Below are positions 26,526 through 38,573 of a DNA stretch of 64,000 bases, in pieces. The stretch is taken from the NCBI RefSeq assembly GCF_001194135.2, contig NC_068985.1, positions 10,561,633-10,625,632 on the forward strand, written 5' to 3'. A program made the translations under genes and the position numbers. Below the pieces are notes generated by a model. That model did not search any database, had not been told where the DNA came from, and saw only the letters and a list, made by a program, of their open reading frames with translations. The stretch comes from Octopus bimaculoides (Eukaryota). Within the stretch, counting starts at the first letter, position 1, and every line of letters begins with the position of its first letter.

Positions 26526-26916
26526 ATAATCTTTATGTTGACTAAATGGCTGAGGGTATACAGATCAAAAAACATGTTGTACGTTCGTTCTGGCTCTCAA
26601 GACAAGTATGAGTCTAAAATTGCCCATTATGAGATTATGCATAATCTTTATGTTGACTAAAGTGATCACGTTTATACTGTGGGAACCGCTGGCCGAATAA
26701 GGCTACTCGTAGAATTCCATCAAGCTCACACAGTTTCTATATGATAACATGGAAGCTTATATGTAAAGTTACACGCTTATATGCGAAGTTGGGCCTATGC
26801 TGTTTCCCCTTTTACTCTCGGTTATATTTAATCTCATTATGGACAATTTTAACCTCATACTTTTCGTGTGGGTCAGAACGAACGTACATCTTGTTTTTGA
26901 TTTGTATACCCTCAGC
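26526..26916. repeat. Inverted duplication (26549-26637 vs 26829-26916) with a 21-bp direct repeat around the first copy
   Basis: ataatctttatgttgactaaa at 26526-26546 and 26641-26661; the insert is about 85% identical (hand count) to the reverse complement of 26829-26916. Confidence 0.88.
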
Positions 26917-27046
26917 TGTCCTAAGGGATACTCAGTATAACCCCCATGAGAAACTGGAATTAATTGCAAAGTATCCGTCGTGGTGAGATCTGAACTAGCG
27001 TTTGATTCCGATTGTGATGAAAGCGACGTTTCCTCGTTATGAATAG
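26910..27046 (-). CDS. Candidate exon (IHNEETSLSSQSESNASSDLTTTDTLQLIPVSHGGYTEYPLGQLR)
   Basis: Open frame inside ORF 26769-27116(-), phase-1 acceptor ttag|CT and weak donor AGG|gtatac. The splice signals are poor. Confidence 0.15.
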
Positions 27047-27361
27047 CTAACTTTAACATTGTTTGGTTTAAAGATCTAATGGCATTTGAGAGTATATAGC
27101 AAGTACTGATTTGCAAGGGAATGAAATTTCTTGGCTATACTCTGTATATCTGTCAGCAAATTCAGAGATCCATAACAACGTGAATTTTTACATATTTTAA
27201 TATAGCTACTTTATAAACCTGTAGACTTTGTATATTGGAAAATTTTCAGACTGGCAAAGATTATAATATATTTAACAGAAATACCAAGGTATTCCATAAC
27301 CGATAGCACAGGGTGATGTTCCTCATGGAACATCTAAACCGGCTATACATGCCGAAAATTG

Positions 27362-27707
27362 TGTCGTAACTTCAAGTAATTATCGATTTAGAGAAACGCT
27401 GAATATCACATGTCGACGAATATATACCGGCATGAAGAAATAATACTGTTGTGTGGTCGCCCCCAAGCGATGAAGCAGGATCGCCCAAGACATATAAATA
27501 GAGGTAGTCTCACCGTGACGGAGGGTCGAGTGACAGTTGGTAGAGCTGTTGAGTAGCAGTCGGTTAGCGGTTGAGTAGAAATCATCCGAAGGTGCTAGAT
27601 AGCAGTAGCTTGAGACATAATAAATATTTAAGATGTTTTGGCGTGTGGATTTGCAGATAGTTGTAATTTCGGCGATGCGAGTAACAAAACCCATAATTCT
27701 AACGACA
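27362..27707 (+). mobile_element. Putative solo LTR
   Basis: 346 bp with termini TGTCGT...ACGACA (6-bp inverted repeat, TG..CA), TATAAATA at 27493-27500 and AATAAA at 27619-27624. TSD is imperfect (aattg/aataa). Confidence 0.5.
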
Positions 27708-28443
27708 AATAAGGGGCAACATACTCAGTGATCCGTGGTTGCTCTCGAAACACACACACACAGACACACACACATGTAGGCACACGCACACATTCAGTCA
27801 CACACATGCACTCACGCATGTGTGCTCGCATGTTTACATATATTTGTGTATATATGTTTGTTTGCATTGGTTTATATCCAAAGGCGCATGGAGAGCTAGA
27901 ACAAATTTATAAATATTTATTGGATGACAAGAGAATATTTATTGACTTTATTACATGTGTAATTTCCGTTTATGCAATATGATTTAAGAGTCGTTGTGGC
28001 CAGAAATATATGTGGTCTGTCAAATGTCACTCGGTGGCTGAACAAATTTCAGATTTATTAATACGATGACAGTTAAGTCATTGAAATATGTTATGTCCCC
28101 TCACGTTGCATAATATTCATGCTTGGGTATGTATATTCACCAAGACATATGTTAGATTATGGTAATAGAATAAATCGGCTCAATCGATTTATGCAACAGT
28201 TATGGGAGAAATCGTTCAATAACCAATCAATAACAAATTAATGTATCAGGAAATATAAATATACATAGATCCCAATTAATGCGATGTTTCCGGCTTTGGC
28301 TGTGACCAATATGCTCCAAAATCATTTACATATGTTTATACATGCTTTCATATGCATGATCGCATAATGTTAATGGGAGATAAAAAATTAGAAGACATAA
28401 ATTAGGAAGATGAAACTGAATACTGTTTAGGAAATTCGCTCAC

Positions 28444-28531
28444 CTGCGTACAGCATCCTACAGTCCACGAATATGTTGTAACAGGCACGACTGGCCATGA
28501 CTTTTTTCGTTGCCCTATCGAATTTGCGAAC
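28444..28531 (-). CDS. Candidate internal exon (VRKFDRATKKVMASRACYNIFVDCRMLYA)
   Basis: cctag|GTT CGC...GCA G|gtgagc; strong donor, weak polypyrimidine tract; phase 0 in (compatible with 34355-34395), phase 1 out; GC-richer than flanks. Confidence 0.28.
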
Positions 28532-28581
28532 CTAGGTTCTAATATTCATTTGAAATCATGATCTACAGCATACACTAAATG

Positions 28582-28614
<33 letters not shown>

Positions 28615-28619
<5 letters not shown>

Positions 28620-29023
28620 TTACTCTTTTTTTTACTCTTTTACTTGTTTCAGTCATTTGACTGCGGCCATGCTGGAGCACCGCCTTTGGTCGAGCAAATG
28701 GACCTTGGGACTTATTCTTTGTAAGCCTAGTTCTTATTCTATCGGTCTCTTTATGTTACGGGGACGTAAACACACCAGCATCGGTTGTCAAGTGATGTTG
28801 GGGGGACCAACACAGACACACAAACACATGCACACATACATATGCACACACATACATATATACGACGGGCTTCTTTCAGTTTCCGTCTACCATATCCACT
28901 CACAAGGCTTTGGTCGGCCCGAGGCTATAGTAGAAGACACTTGCCCAAGGTGCGACACAGTGGGACTGAACTGGGAACCATGTGGTTGGTAAGCAAACTA
29001 CTTACCACAGCCTCACCTGCACC
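28615..29023 (-). mobile_element. SINE family B, full length
   Basis: Reverse complement of the 20970-21358 copy. Confidence 0.9.
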
Positions 29024-29459
29024 TATGGGGAACGAATTCTCTTTGCACAATACCGTGGATATTGAAAAATAAGAAAACGGTGAGCACGCTCTTCATTAAG
29101 CTACTCCTTGGTCTTTTTAAGCGCCTGTGCCACTCAAAACATTGCGTACGACTCATTGCCTCGTCACCGTAAGCTTGGTAAAACATGCTCAATGTCTCTG
29201 TAGCAGACGTCCCAAGTTTAACACAAAATTTCACGTTGGCTCTTTGTTCCAACTTCCTGTCCATGACAGAAATCACAGACTACAGCATATACGTGATCAC
29301 AAAAACACAGATTTCACAACTTGCAAAGGAAACATAGCCATGCCACTAGGCACACTATCTCATGAAGGTCACTGCTAGCTTTTACTGGAATGCAACCGTG
29401 TGATGCCATCTGTTGGTGCGCTACAGAACTAGTCCGGGGAACTTTTTGATAACACCTCA
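29024..29459 (-). mobile_element. Mariner deletion derivative (transposase pseudogene)
   Basis: MDRKLEQRANVKFCVKLGTSATETLSMFYQAYGDEAMSRTQCFEWHRRLK is a mariner N-terminal HTH, fused to SVLTVFLFFNIHGIVQREFVP from the catalytic domain; 5' TIR tgaggtgttatcaaaaagttccc next to TA. Confidence 0.9.
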
Positions 29460-29603
29460 TACTTAGAACGAAAACAACACCAACACACATAACAGACGAT
29501 AGAATGCTATGGTATAATGCATCTCCATTCTCCTCTTCATCCCCTCTTTCTTCACATATGCATACATAAATACATACATATATACAAGCATACACACCTG
29601 TAC

Positions 29604-29666
<63 letters not shown>

Positions 29667-29689
29667 CTATCTATCTATCTATCTATATA

Positions 29690-30110
29690 CGTTCTGGCAT
29701 GGGTGCGTGATAAGAAGTTTGCCTTGCAACCACATGTCCCCGGGCAAGTGCCTTCTACTATAGCGTCGGGTATGCCACATCCTTATGAGTCTATTTGGTA
29801 GACGCAAGCTGAAAGAGGCCCGTCGCATGTATGTGCGTGTGTATGTATGAGTGTATGTATATGTGTGCGTGTTTGTGTTTATGCGTATGTATATATATGT
29901 TTGTATCCGTGTTTGTTACCCAATCACCGCCTGATAATAGGTCCTGGTTTCTTTACGTACTATCAACCTATCGGTTCGGCAAAAGAAAGCAATAGATTAA
30001 GTACTAGGGTTAAAACATGAAAAATAGTATTAGGGACGATTCGTTCTAATAGACTTCTTCAATGCAGCGTCCAGCATGGCTTCAGTTTAATCTCTGAAAC
30101 TGGTAAAATA
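29690..30110 (+). mobile_element. SINE family B, diverged
   Basis: Degenerate head, gctgaaagaggcccgtcg plus microsatellite, degenerate tail. Confidence 0.7.
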
Positions 30111-30345
30111 TCAAGGATTTGGTTTAGTATCTACAGGTGTGTTCTCTCTCTGTCATCCATCTGTATTGATAAGTAATGGAGTTTGGTGCAAGCCTAGGAT
30201 GAATGCCTGGATATTTCGTGATGTGTAGGTGCCAGACAATGTTGAACACTGTAATGGATTCAAAAGTTTCGGAATAGATTTTATGTCGAATAAGGGACTC
30301 TTGGCAGTTTTACTTCGAATGTGTCATAAATTTTACTACTTTGTA

Positions 30346-30381
<36 letters not shown>

Positions 30382-30607
30382 TGTATGTATGTATGTATAT
30401 GTAGAAGGTTGAAAAGGAACACACGAGTTGNNNNNNNNNNNNNNNNNNNNNNNNNNNNNNNNNNNNNNNNNNNNNNNNNNNNNNNNNNNNNNNNNNNNNN
30501 NNNNNNNNNNNNNNNNNNNNNNNNNNNNNNNNNNNNNNNNNNNNNNNNNNNNNNNNNNNNNNNNNNNNNNNNNNNNNNNNNNNNNNNNNNNNNNNNNNNN
30601 CTTTGTA

Positions 30608-30643
<36 letters not shown>

Positions 30644-31307
30644 TGTATGTATGTATGTATATGTAGAAGGTTGAAAAGGAACACACGAGTTGATATATAT
30701 TGACATATATTACGCCGAGGTTGACTTTACCCTTCATTCTTTCGGGTTCCATAAAAACAAATACCAATTCAAGAGTTTCTCCTCCAAATTGCTGATCTTT
30801 TGTCTATAATAGAATGGGTTATTATCTCAGCTGCCAAAAATATCAGAGACTGAGTATAGCTAAGGCTCTCCAACAGGTTTGCTTTCCGATCACCTGCATC
30901 CCGGCTCGAGTCCAAGTCTTGGCTTGATAAGGCCGTGTATTATTACCTTATACAGGTTCATAAATTTGTATTTATATGTTATTTCATCATAACGTTTGTA
31001 AGCCATTCAAAATTTATAACTGATAAGTAAATATTTGGTGTATGCATATCATTATGTGTTGAATGGCTGATTTTTCGCGTGAATATTTTAGAATCATTCA
31101 AAAAGAAAACTTATTTTCATTTATTAAACTCATTTATGTAACAACGTTAAATTTATTATTTTACATATTGCTTGCTAAAATAATCAATTTGATAAATTAA
31201 TGGCTTCACACAGACAAAGTAAATATATTATTACGTTCGGTATTTAAATGCATCACAACGCACATGCGCGTGTATAGATACAAAACTGTGTTTGCAGATG
31301 CCTGTAT

Positions 31308-31369
<62 letters not shown>

Positions 31370-32105
31370 ACACACATACATATANNNNNNNNNNNNNNNN
31401 NNNNNNNNNNNNNNNNNNNNNNNNNNNNNNNNNNNNNNNNNNNNNNNNNNNNNNNNNNNNNNNNNNNNNNNNNNNNNNNNNNNNNNNNNNNNNNNNNNNN
31501 NNNNNNNNNNNNNNNNNNNNNNNNNNNNNNATATATATATACATATCTTGATTGTCAACTTAACGTGGAGGGTGTGTTAAAACACTATTATTTTATATGT
31601 ATGTATGCATATATGCATGTATGTATGTATGTATGTATGTATGTATGCATGCATAACGCATGTGTTTGTATAGTGATAAATATATAGAGGAAGAAAGATC
31701 GATTGATAAATACATACATACACCCCCACACCACCACAGAGAGAAATATATGTGTGTGCGTGCGAGTGTGTATGTGTGCTTGTGAGTGTCTGTTTTCTAA
31801 TTAATGCCGAAATTATGTTTGCATACAGGATGAGATATTTCACTTCAAATCCATTCATTTAAATATTTGGAGCTTCTGTTCATTATAAATTTAATTTCAT
31901 ATCTACTTATCCAATAATATACTGTTTACAAGTGAAATTTTGTTGCAATAAATAAAATTTAGAAGCAAAATAGCAACAAAAAACTTACATGTGACCGGAA
32001 ATCTCTGGTTATTTAGATACTATAAATATCAGAATAAAACACTGAATTTCTCAAAAGAATTATCACAACGCAATATTTCGAGGCTACTTTTTACAAAACA
32101 GCTTG

Positions 32106-32483
32106 TTGGCACTCCGTCGCTTACGAGGTCGAGGGTTCCATTTGATCTGATCAACGGAACAGCCTGCTCGTAAAATTAACGTGCAAGTGGCTGAGCACTC
32201 CAGACACGTGTACCCTTAACGTAGTTCTCGGGGATATTCAGCGTGACACAGTGTGACAAGGCTGACCCTTTGAATTACTGGCACAACAGAAATAGGAAGA
32301 AAGAGTGAGAGAAAGTTGTGGTGGAAGAGTATAGCAGGGTTCGCCACCACCCCGTGCCGAAGCCTCGTGGAACTTTAAGTGTTTCCGCTCAATAAACACT
32401 CACAACGCCCGGTCTGGGAATCGAAACCGCGATCCTATGACTGCGAGTGCGCTGCCCTAACCACTGGGCCATTGCGCCTCCAC
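32106..32483 (-). mobile_element. SINE family A, full length
   Basis: tggcactccgtcg...ccattgcgcctccac, matches the other copies. Confidence 0.88.
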
Positions 32484-32673
32484 ACAAAACAGCACCATGA
32501 CATTTAGATCAGTTTAAATATGCTTGGGACATATTTGAATTGTATAAAGGCCGTATTCACTGTTGTTTGCCAGTGAGAACACTTCATATTTTTGGCAATA
32601 GATGCCTTTCTAGGAGGAACGATGAATGCATTTCTAGCTTCTCAACAAAGGCAGTTCTGAATTGCGTTTAGAA

Positions 32674-32720
<47 letters not shown>

Positions 32721-32892
32721 TTTATATAAATAAGCTAGATCTCTGTATTTTCACAGTTATATTTGACAAGTTCGAAAGACAAACGAAAGCGCTAATATAT
32801 GTATAAAATAAAGGAAAGAAGTTATTCCAAAATTCTGACGACTTTTTTTCAATATTTACTTCTGTACATCACACCTAACACACACTCTCTCA

Positions 32893-32925
<33 letters not shown>

Positions 32926-32985
32926 TCTCTCCACACACATATATATATTCAGTCAAATGGCTGAAACAAGTAAAAGAGTAAAAGA

Positions 32986-33017
<32 letters not shown>

Positions 33018-33550
33018 NNNNNNNNNNNNNNNNNNNNNNNNNNNNNNNNNNNNNNNNNNNNNNNNNNNNNNNNNNNNNNNNNNNNNNNNNNNNNNNNNNN
33101 NNNNNNNNNNNNNNNNNNNNNNNNNNNNNNNNNNNNNNNNNNNNNNNNNNNNNNNNNNNNNNNNNNNNNNNNNNNNNNNNNNNNNNNNNNNNNNNNNNNN
33201 NNNNNNNNNNNNNNNNNNNNNNNNNNNNNNNNNNNNNNNNNNNNNNNNNNNNNNNNNNNNNNNNNNNNNNNNNNNNNNNNNNNNNNNNNNNNNNNNNNNN
33301 NNNNNNNNNNNNNNNNNNNNNNNNNNNNNNNNNNNNNNNNNNNNNNNNNNNNNNNNNNNNNNNNNNNNNNNNNNNNNNNNNNNNNNNNNNNNNNNNNNNN
33401 NNNNNNNNNNNNNNNNNNNNNNNNNNNNNNNNNNNNNNNNNNNNNNNNNNNNNNNNNNNNNNNNNNNNNNNNNNNNNNNNNNNNNNNNNNNNNNNNNNNN
33501 NNNNNNNNNNNNNNNNNNNNNNNNNNNNNNNNNGATAGAAGAAATACACA

Positions 33551-33592
<42 letters not shown>

Positions 33593-34354
33593 AATCGACA
33601 ACCAGCATGAGTTCATCACAGGCGACGACTGCCCCAGTTTCCTAACTTTTTGCACAAAATCAGCTACTTTAAAGGGAGGGGTTTAGTTGATGCCATCGAC
33701 CATACTGCGTGATTGGTACTTTATGATATCGTTCCCTAAGAATCGAAAGATAAAGATCGTCTCAGCAAGATTTGCACTCAGTAGAACGTAGAGAGCCTGA
33801 TGAATAACACAACGCACTTTTTCTGCGATCTGTCAAATCTTGCACTTTATAATATTGTTTTCTGATTTAGTCACCAGGCCAGCAATTTTTAGAGAACTGG
33901 GTTAGCCAACATTATTGATCTCAAAACTATACTCTTATATATTTCTTGCTAGAGAATCAGGCTATCCTTAATGGCTAAAGGCTGCAGGCAGAATGCAAAT
34001 CTAAAGCCAGGATATAACACAGCAGTTCTTATCTTATCACTATGGGTGAGTTCAGGATCCTGTTTACTTCTAATTGAAAAACACAATCACCATAGGCACT
34101 TCAGACCTGACAATCCAATACCAAAAACAACATTATACCATTTGTCACTTCAACGTAAAGACAATAGGAAATGATTTGAGAGAATTTCATTCATAATTGT
34201 AGCAAGTTTAGGAACAATGTAGAAGCTCCAGGTTGCTCAATATTATGTCTGGTTAGGTTTAAAGCAGTGAGTTACAGTTAAAGCCTAATACATAATACGT
34301 TCAGGTGTTTCTTCCAGCTGTTTTTGTTCTATGTTCAAAAGCATGGTGACTTAC

Positions 34355-34395
34355 TTTGCAATGCATGCTTTCATGAGCGATCAATACAGTGCAGA
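34355..34395 (-). CDS. Candidate internal exon (xCTVLIAHESMHCK, HExxH-like)
   Basis: Minus strand ttgtcttgcttag|TC TGC...TGC AAA|gtaagt; consensus donor, only one open frame, phase 1 in and phase 0 out. No family recognised. Confidence 0.3.
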
Positions 34396-34973
34396 CTAAG
34401 CAAGACAAATTGAGCTCATTTATTAGAGTGACTGACAAGATGTGTGTGATATCGGTTTCGCTGTCGTTGCGTTCTGATAGCAACGGCTTCGAGGGCAATG
34501 GTTAGTAACACCTCTAACCTTTCATTCGGATATCGTCACTGACGCAACATCAGATATGCATGCAAACGTAACTACTGACGTAGAAAATGGCACCTTGTCA
34601 ATGAGTAACATCCAAGTGTAGAACTATCATTGAATAGGACATGCAGAGTTACTGAATTTGTTCAATGTATCGATCTTTTAAATGGCAACTTTTATTATAT
34701 TAGTTTCAAATTTTGGCAAAAATTTTGGTCAGCAAGTTCGGTTAAAAGGGAATGCGAAAGAACGAAAGGCAAAGTCGACCCCGGTGGAATTTGAACTTAC
34801 AATGCAACGACTGACGAAATTTCACTTAACATTTTGCTCCGCGTGATTACGATCGTGCCAACTCACTAAGTTGGTAGTTTTTATAACGTTTGTTTGCGAT
34901 GTTGTTCATTGCTGAGTTACACTTCGGTGGATGCATCTAGAAGTGTCGTTGAATTTTATTTCTGACGATAGTA

Positions 34974-35201
34974 TTGGGTTGTCCGGAAAGTTCGTGCCGA
35001 TTTTTGAAGGAAAGAAAAAGGTCAATAAATACTTGCCATTACATTTTTAATCAACCAAATATGAACCATCTTGTTGCACAATGCGTCTCCATCTTTCCTT
35101 TAACTTGAAAATACCCTCATCCCAGAATCGAGGTGGTTTCATGGCAAACAAGTCGAAAGGAAAGCTACTATAAATCGGCAAGAACTTTGCGGACAACCCA
35201 A
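34974..35201 (-). mobile_element. Mariner non-autonomous element (second subfamily)
   Basis: TIRs ttgggttgtccggaaagttcgtgccgattt / aaatcggcaagaactttgcggacaacccaa, TA on both flanks; the interior encodes the transposase C-terminus FWDEGIFKLKERWRRIVQQDGSYLVD*. Confidence 0.9.
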
Positions 35202-35619
35202 TAGAACAGATCACGTTTGGAAAATAAACACCCGGATGTCATCTGGATCTGGGTTGAGGCAGAGTATCAAAGACATCATTATAACTGTTCATAAAACGAT
35301 ATTTTTTTGAGGCATCAATACCTGCCGATCTTACTCTACCTGAGAAATTATTTCATGACTGCTACGCATTTCAAAGTTTTAAAAAATCTATCCCATTTTT
35401 CCCCAACCTGCAAACATACAAATTCCCACAAATTGTTCTTCGAATTTGCTACCTCTTAAAAAGGAGCATTATTGTTCCTTATATTGGTATGCTCCCAGAT
35501 TGCTGTATACTAAATCACTCAAACACAACAGAATATAATCCTGAAAGTTACGTATTTCAAAGGTTGTCATCACATTAACGTGAAATTGTGTCTCAATCAG
35601 ATAATGAACTGCATTAATT

Positions 35620-35779
35620 GGACGGGGTGGGTGTGTGGTAAGAAGCTTGCTTCCCAACTATATGGTTGCAGGTTCACTTCCACTGCGTGGGAAGTTGGTC
35701 AGACGTCCTCTATTATAGCATCGGTCCAACTAAAGCCTTGTGAGTCGATTTTGTAGGCGGAAACTGAAAGAAGCCCGTC

Positions 35780-35823
<44 letters not shown>

Positions 35824-35930
35824 TTTGTGTTTTCCCACCACCACCACCATTTGACAACTGGTATTTACATCCCCGTAACTTAGCGTTTCGGCAAACGAGA
35901 CTGGCAGAATAAGTACCAGGACCTGAAAAA
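35620..35930 (+). mobile_element. SINE family B, partial
   Basis: gggtgtgtggtaagaagcttgcttcccaac...gaaagaagcccgtcg(ta)n...gaataagtaccagg. Confidence 0.78.
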
Positions 35931-36169
35931 AAATGTTGTGGTAATAACAAACAAGATGAGGACACGTATCCGTTCAATGTAAATAATGTATGGCATTCTA
36001 CATCTCTAAAATATAGAAGAGAATAAAAGTTTCAAGTGTAGGAAACTGTTATATCCGTGCGTAATAACTTCTCATACATTCTATCATTTTAATTTTGAAT
36101 ACAGTGAGTGGATTAGATTTTTTTATTTGGTTGTTTTACTGAAATTGCTAAATTATTCAGTGCTAAATA

Positions 36170-36386
36170 TTAGCTTCAAATTTTGGCACAAGGCCAGAAG
36201 TTTTAGAAGAGGGGTTAAGTCGGTTATATCAACCCCAGTGTTCAACTGGTACTAATTTTGTCGAATCCGAAAGAACGAAAGGCAAAGCCGATTCCAGTAG
36301 CGTTTGATCTTAGAACGTAAAGAGTCAACAAAACGCCGCTTAGCATTTTGTTCGACGCGCTATCGATTTTGCTTGGTCACCGCCTT
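36170..36386 (-). mobile_element. SINE family C
   Basis: ttcaaattttggcacaaggccag...ggtcaccgcctt. Confidence 0.78.
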
Positions 36387-37045
36387 TGAAGGACCATGGT
36401 GACTGCTATTTATTAAATACCAAATTAAAGTAACTTTGTTGCATTCTAGCAAAATCAGGAGAAATATTTATGTAAATAAAGATAAGAAACCAGCTCATAG
36501 ACCTGTTTTGCTGGGCGGTCAAAAGCATAACACGAATTGGCCAAATATGCATCATATGTTGACGATCAATACACTTCCGTTTGCTAATATTATGAAAACT
36601 ATGCATTTATTCTTTTTAGATTACTTAATAAATATCTTAGCAACGCGTCGCTTTTAAAAAGAACAAATTTTCCCCTTGGCTGGTGATTTATTGCATGTCA
36701 AAAATGTATAACAATATGTCATAAGTTTTAGTGAGTTCTAAATGAATTATACTCCTATTTTTAGTTATAATTTTTGAAGACGGCAACAGCAAATATAGTT
36801 TCAAGTAAAATTTATAACAAGACTTTTGCTTATCAATTACAACTCAACGATACATTGGTAAATGATAACAAACACACACAGGCATTCGCTGCACTAACAA
36901 AATGGTTTTTTCTGTGGTTTTATATTACAATCTGCAAAACCCACTCCACATATATATGTACTTACGTACTTACGTGTGTGTGTGTATGCATTCGTGTCTA
37001 CGGCTTTGTTTCATTGAACCGTCATTTGTCGTTCACTACGAGAGA

Positions 37046-37120
<75 letters not shown>

Positions 37121-37134
37121 GGGGGGTGGGTCAC

Positions 37135-37290
37135 AAAAACAGAGCAAAACAAACGACGAAGACAGGTGGTGTAGACAACAAACAGATGTATTAGTATAAC
37201 GCTCGGGAAGTGAAAAAGTCTTTAACGTTTCGAGCCTACACTCTTCCACAGAAAGGAACACAGAAAGAAACAAGGAGGGAAAAAAAGTAG
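37135..37290 (-). mobile_element. Family D repeat with hammerhead-like motif
   Basis: Minus strand CTTT-CTGTGGA-A-GAG-TGTAGG-CTC-GAAACGTT-AAAG at 37220-37255. Confidence 0.62.
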
Positions 37291-37304
37291 ATTAGTGGCT
37301 AGCG

Positions 37305-37552
37305 AGGCGCATGGCTTAGTGGTTAGGGTGTTGCGTTTGTTCTTGAGTAAAGCACTTCATTTCACGCTGCTCTCCGACCATTTCGTATGCCCGACATGTG
37401 GCGCATGGTGCACATGTACAGGTAATGTCGATTTGATAGAGGGAGAGAGCTAATGTCTACACAAATATTTGATTACTATAAACAAATCATCTGTGTGGTT
37501 GTTCGGTAACAAATTGCCGAAACCTCATACGTCGGCTAACGACGGGAGTCTA
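37305..37552 (+). mobile_element. Further tRNA-headed SINE (family F)
   Basis: gaggcgcatggcttagtggttagggtgtt head with a distinct body. Confidence 0.6.
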
Positions 37553-37892
37553 TGATATATGTATATACGGGAGAGTCTATATGTATATATATATAATTTG
37601 AAGAAAAGCAACAAAAATTCATTAGGTTATAGCAGTACGTACGTTTGGTACAAACTTCATTTATTTATGTAGTGAGAACACGACATAAGATGTGCAATGA
37701 AAATGTATTCCTCAGCTGCATAATGGAAGTTCATTTCAGAAAGTCATTTTGTAGATGTGTGCAAATATTTGCACGCATATGCACATATGCTAGTCTTCTT
37801 CTGTCATGCATTATACTTCACACATATCGATTGGGCCGAGTCGTTGTCAAAGCAAGAAATGAAATAAAGACGATTCTACATATGAAGCTCAC

Positions 37893-37935
37893 CCTATCTA
37901 CATATGTAGTGCTACAGTCAGTGGTCAGACGTATC
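37893..37935 (-). other. Candidate 43-nt exon, possibly untranslated
   Basis: tcttggtttctacatgtttcag|GATACG...GATAGG|gtgagc on the minus strand: good acceptor and donor, but the phase does not join the next candidate. Confidence 0.2.
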
Positions 37936-38573
37936 CTGAAACATGTAGAAACCAAGACATGTTTGCAGCATATTTAAGCGTAACGTATTTGAATTATCGT
38001 TATTCAGTTAGTAATGCAATATGGTGTGTCTGTCATTTGCCTAATATTTATGGCCAGTTGTGCTATAAAAAAGAGTCGCGCTGCTCTTTGATTTTGATAT
38101 ACAATATTGACGTACGAAAATAAAGCAACAATAATGGATTTCAGGTTTTGACATCTGCAACGTTGTGAGTTCAAATTACAAGGGCGTACATTTTGGCTTC
38201 TGTTTTCAGCTCGATAAAAAGATTACGAGCATTTGCTGTTTGTTTGAAAGCATGTCGAGTGGGTCATTTTTGAGTGCATCTAATTAGCTAGAAAGTATTG
38301 AAATATACTTCCCTATTTGTATTTAATCAATGATTTCTATCATCGATCAAAGCTATCAGGATACATGACAAGCAATTATTTTTCTCTATCGCAAGGAATA
38401 AACGTCCTATTTGACTCAAGAAAGATATTAGTTCAAATCAAAAATAAACATGATTAACAACAACAAATCGTCGTTTCCAATATTCTAAGAATCCTACCAC
38501 ACACCATTCTTCGTGGTTACATCTATTAAGTATTTAACCTGAAACAGAAGTTAGATTTGCCTTAAGACTAAGC

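Noticed and set aside
30336-30695. Direct repeat ctttgtatatatat(gtat)n...gaaaaggaacacacgagttg on both sides of a gap
   Set aside because: Identical contig ends flanking an N run are most simply a scaffolding overlap artefact.
30812-30876. Plus-strand segment MGYYLSCQKYQRLSIAKALQQ before cag|gtttgc
   Set aside because: Weak donor, phase incompatible with the phase-1 first exon, and no recognisable homology.
34355-34366. MHCK followed by a donor, reminiscent of the Pax2/5/8 N-terminus
   Set aside because: No paired-box sequence was found downstream on the minus strand in this window.
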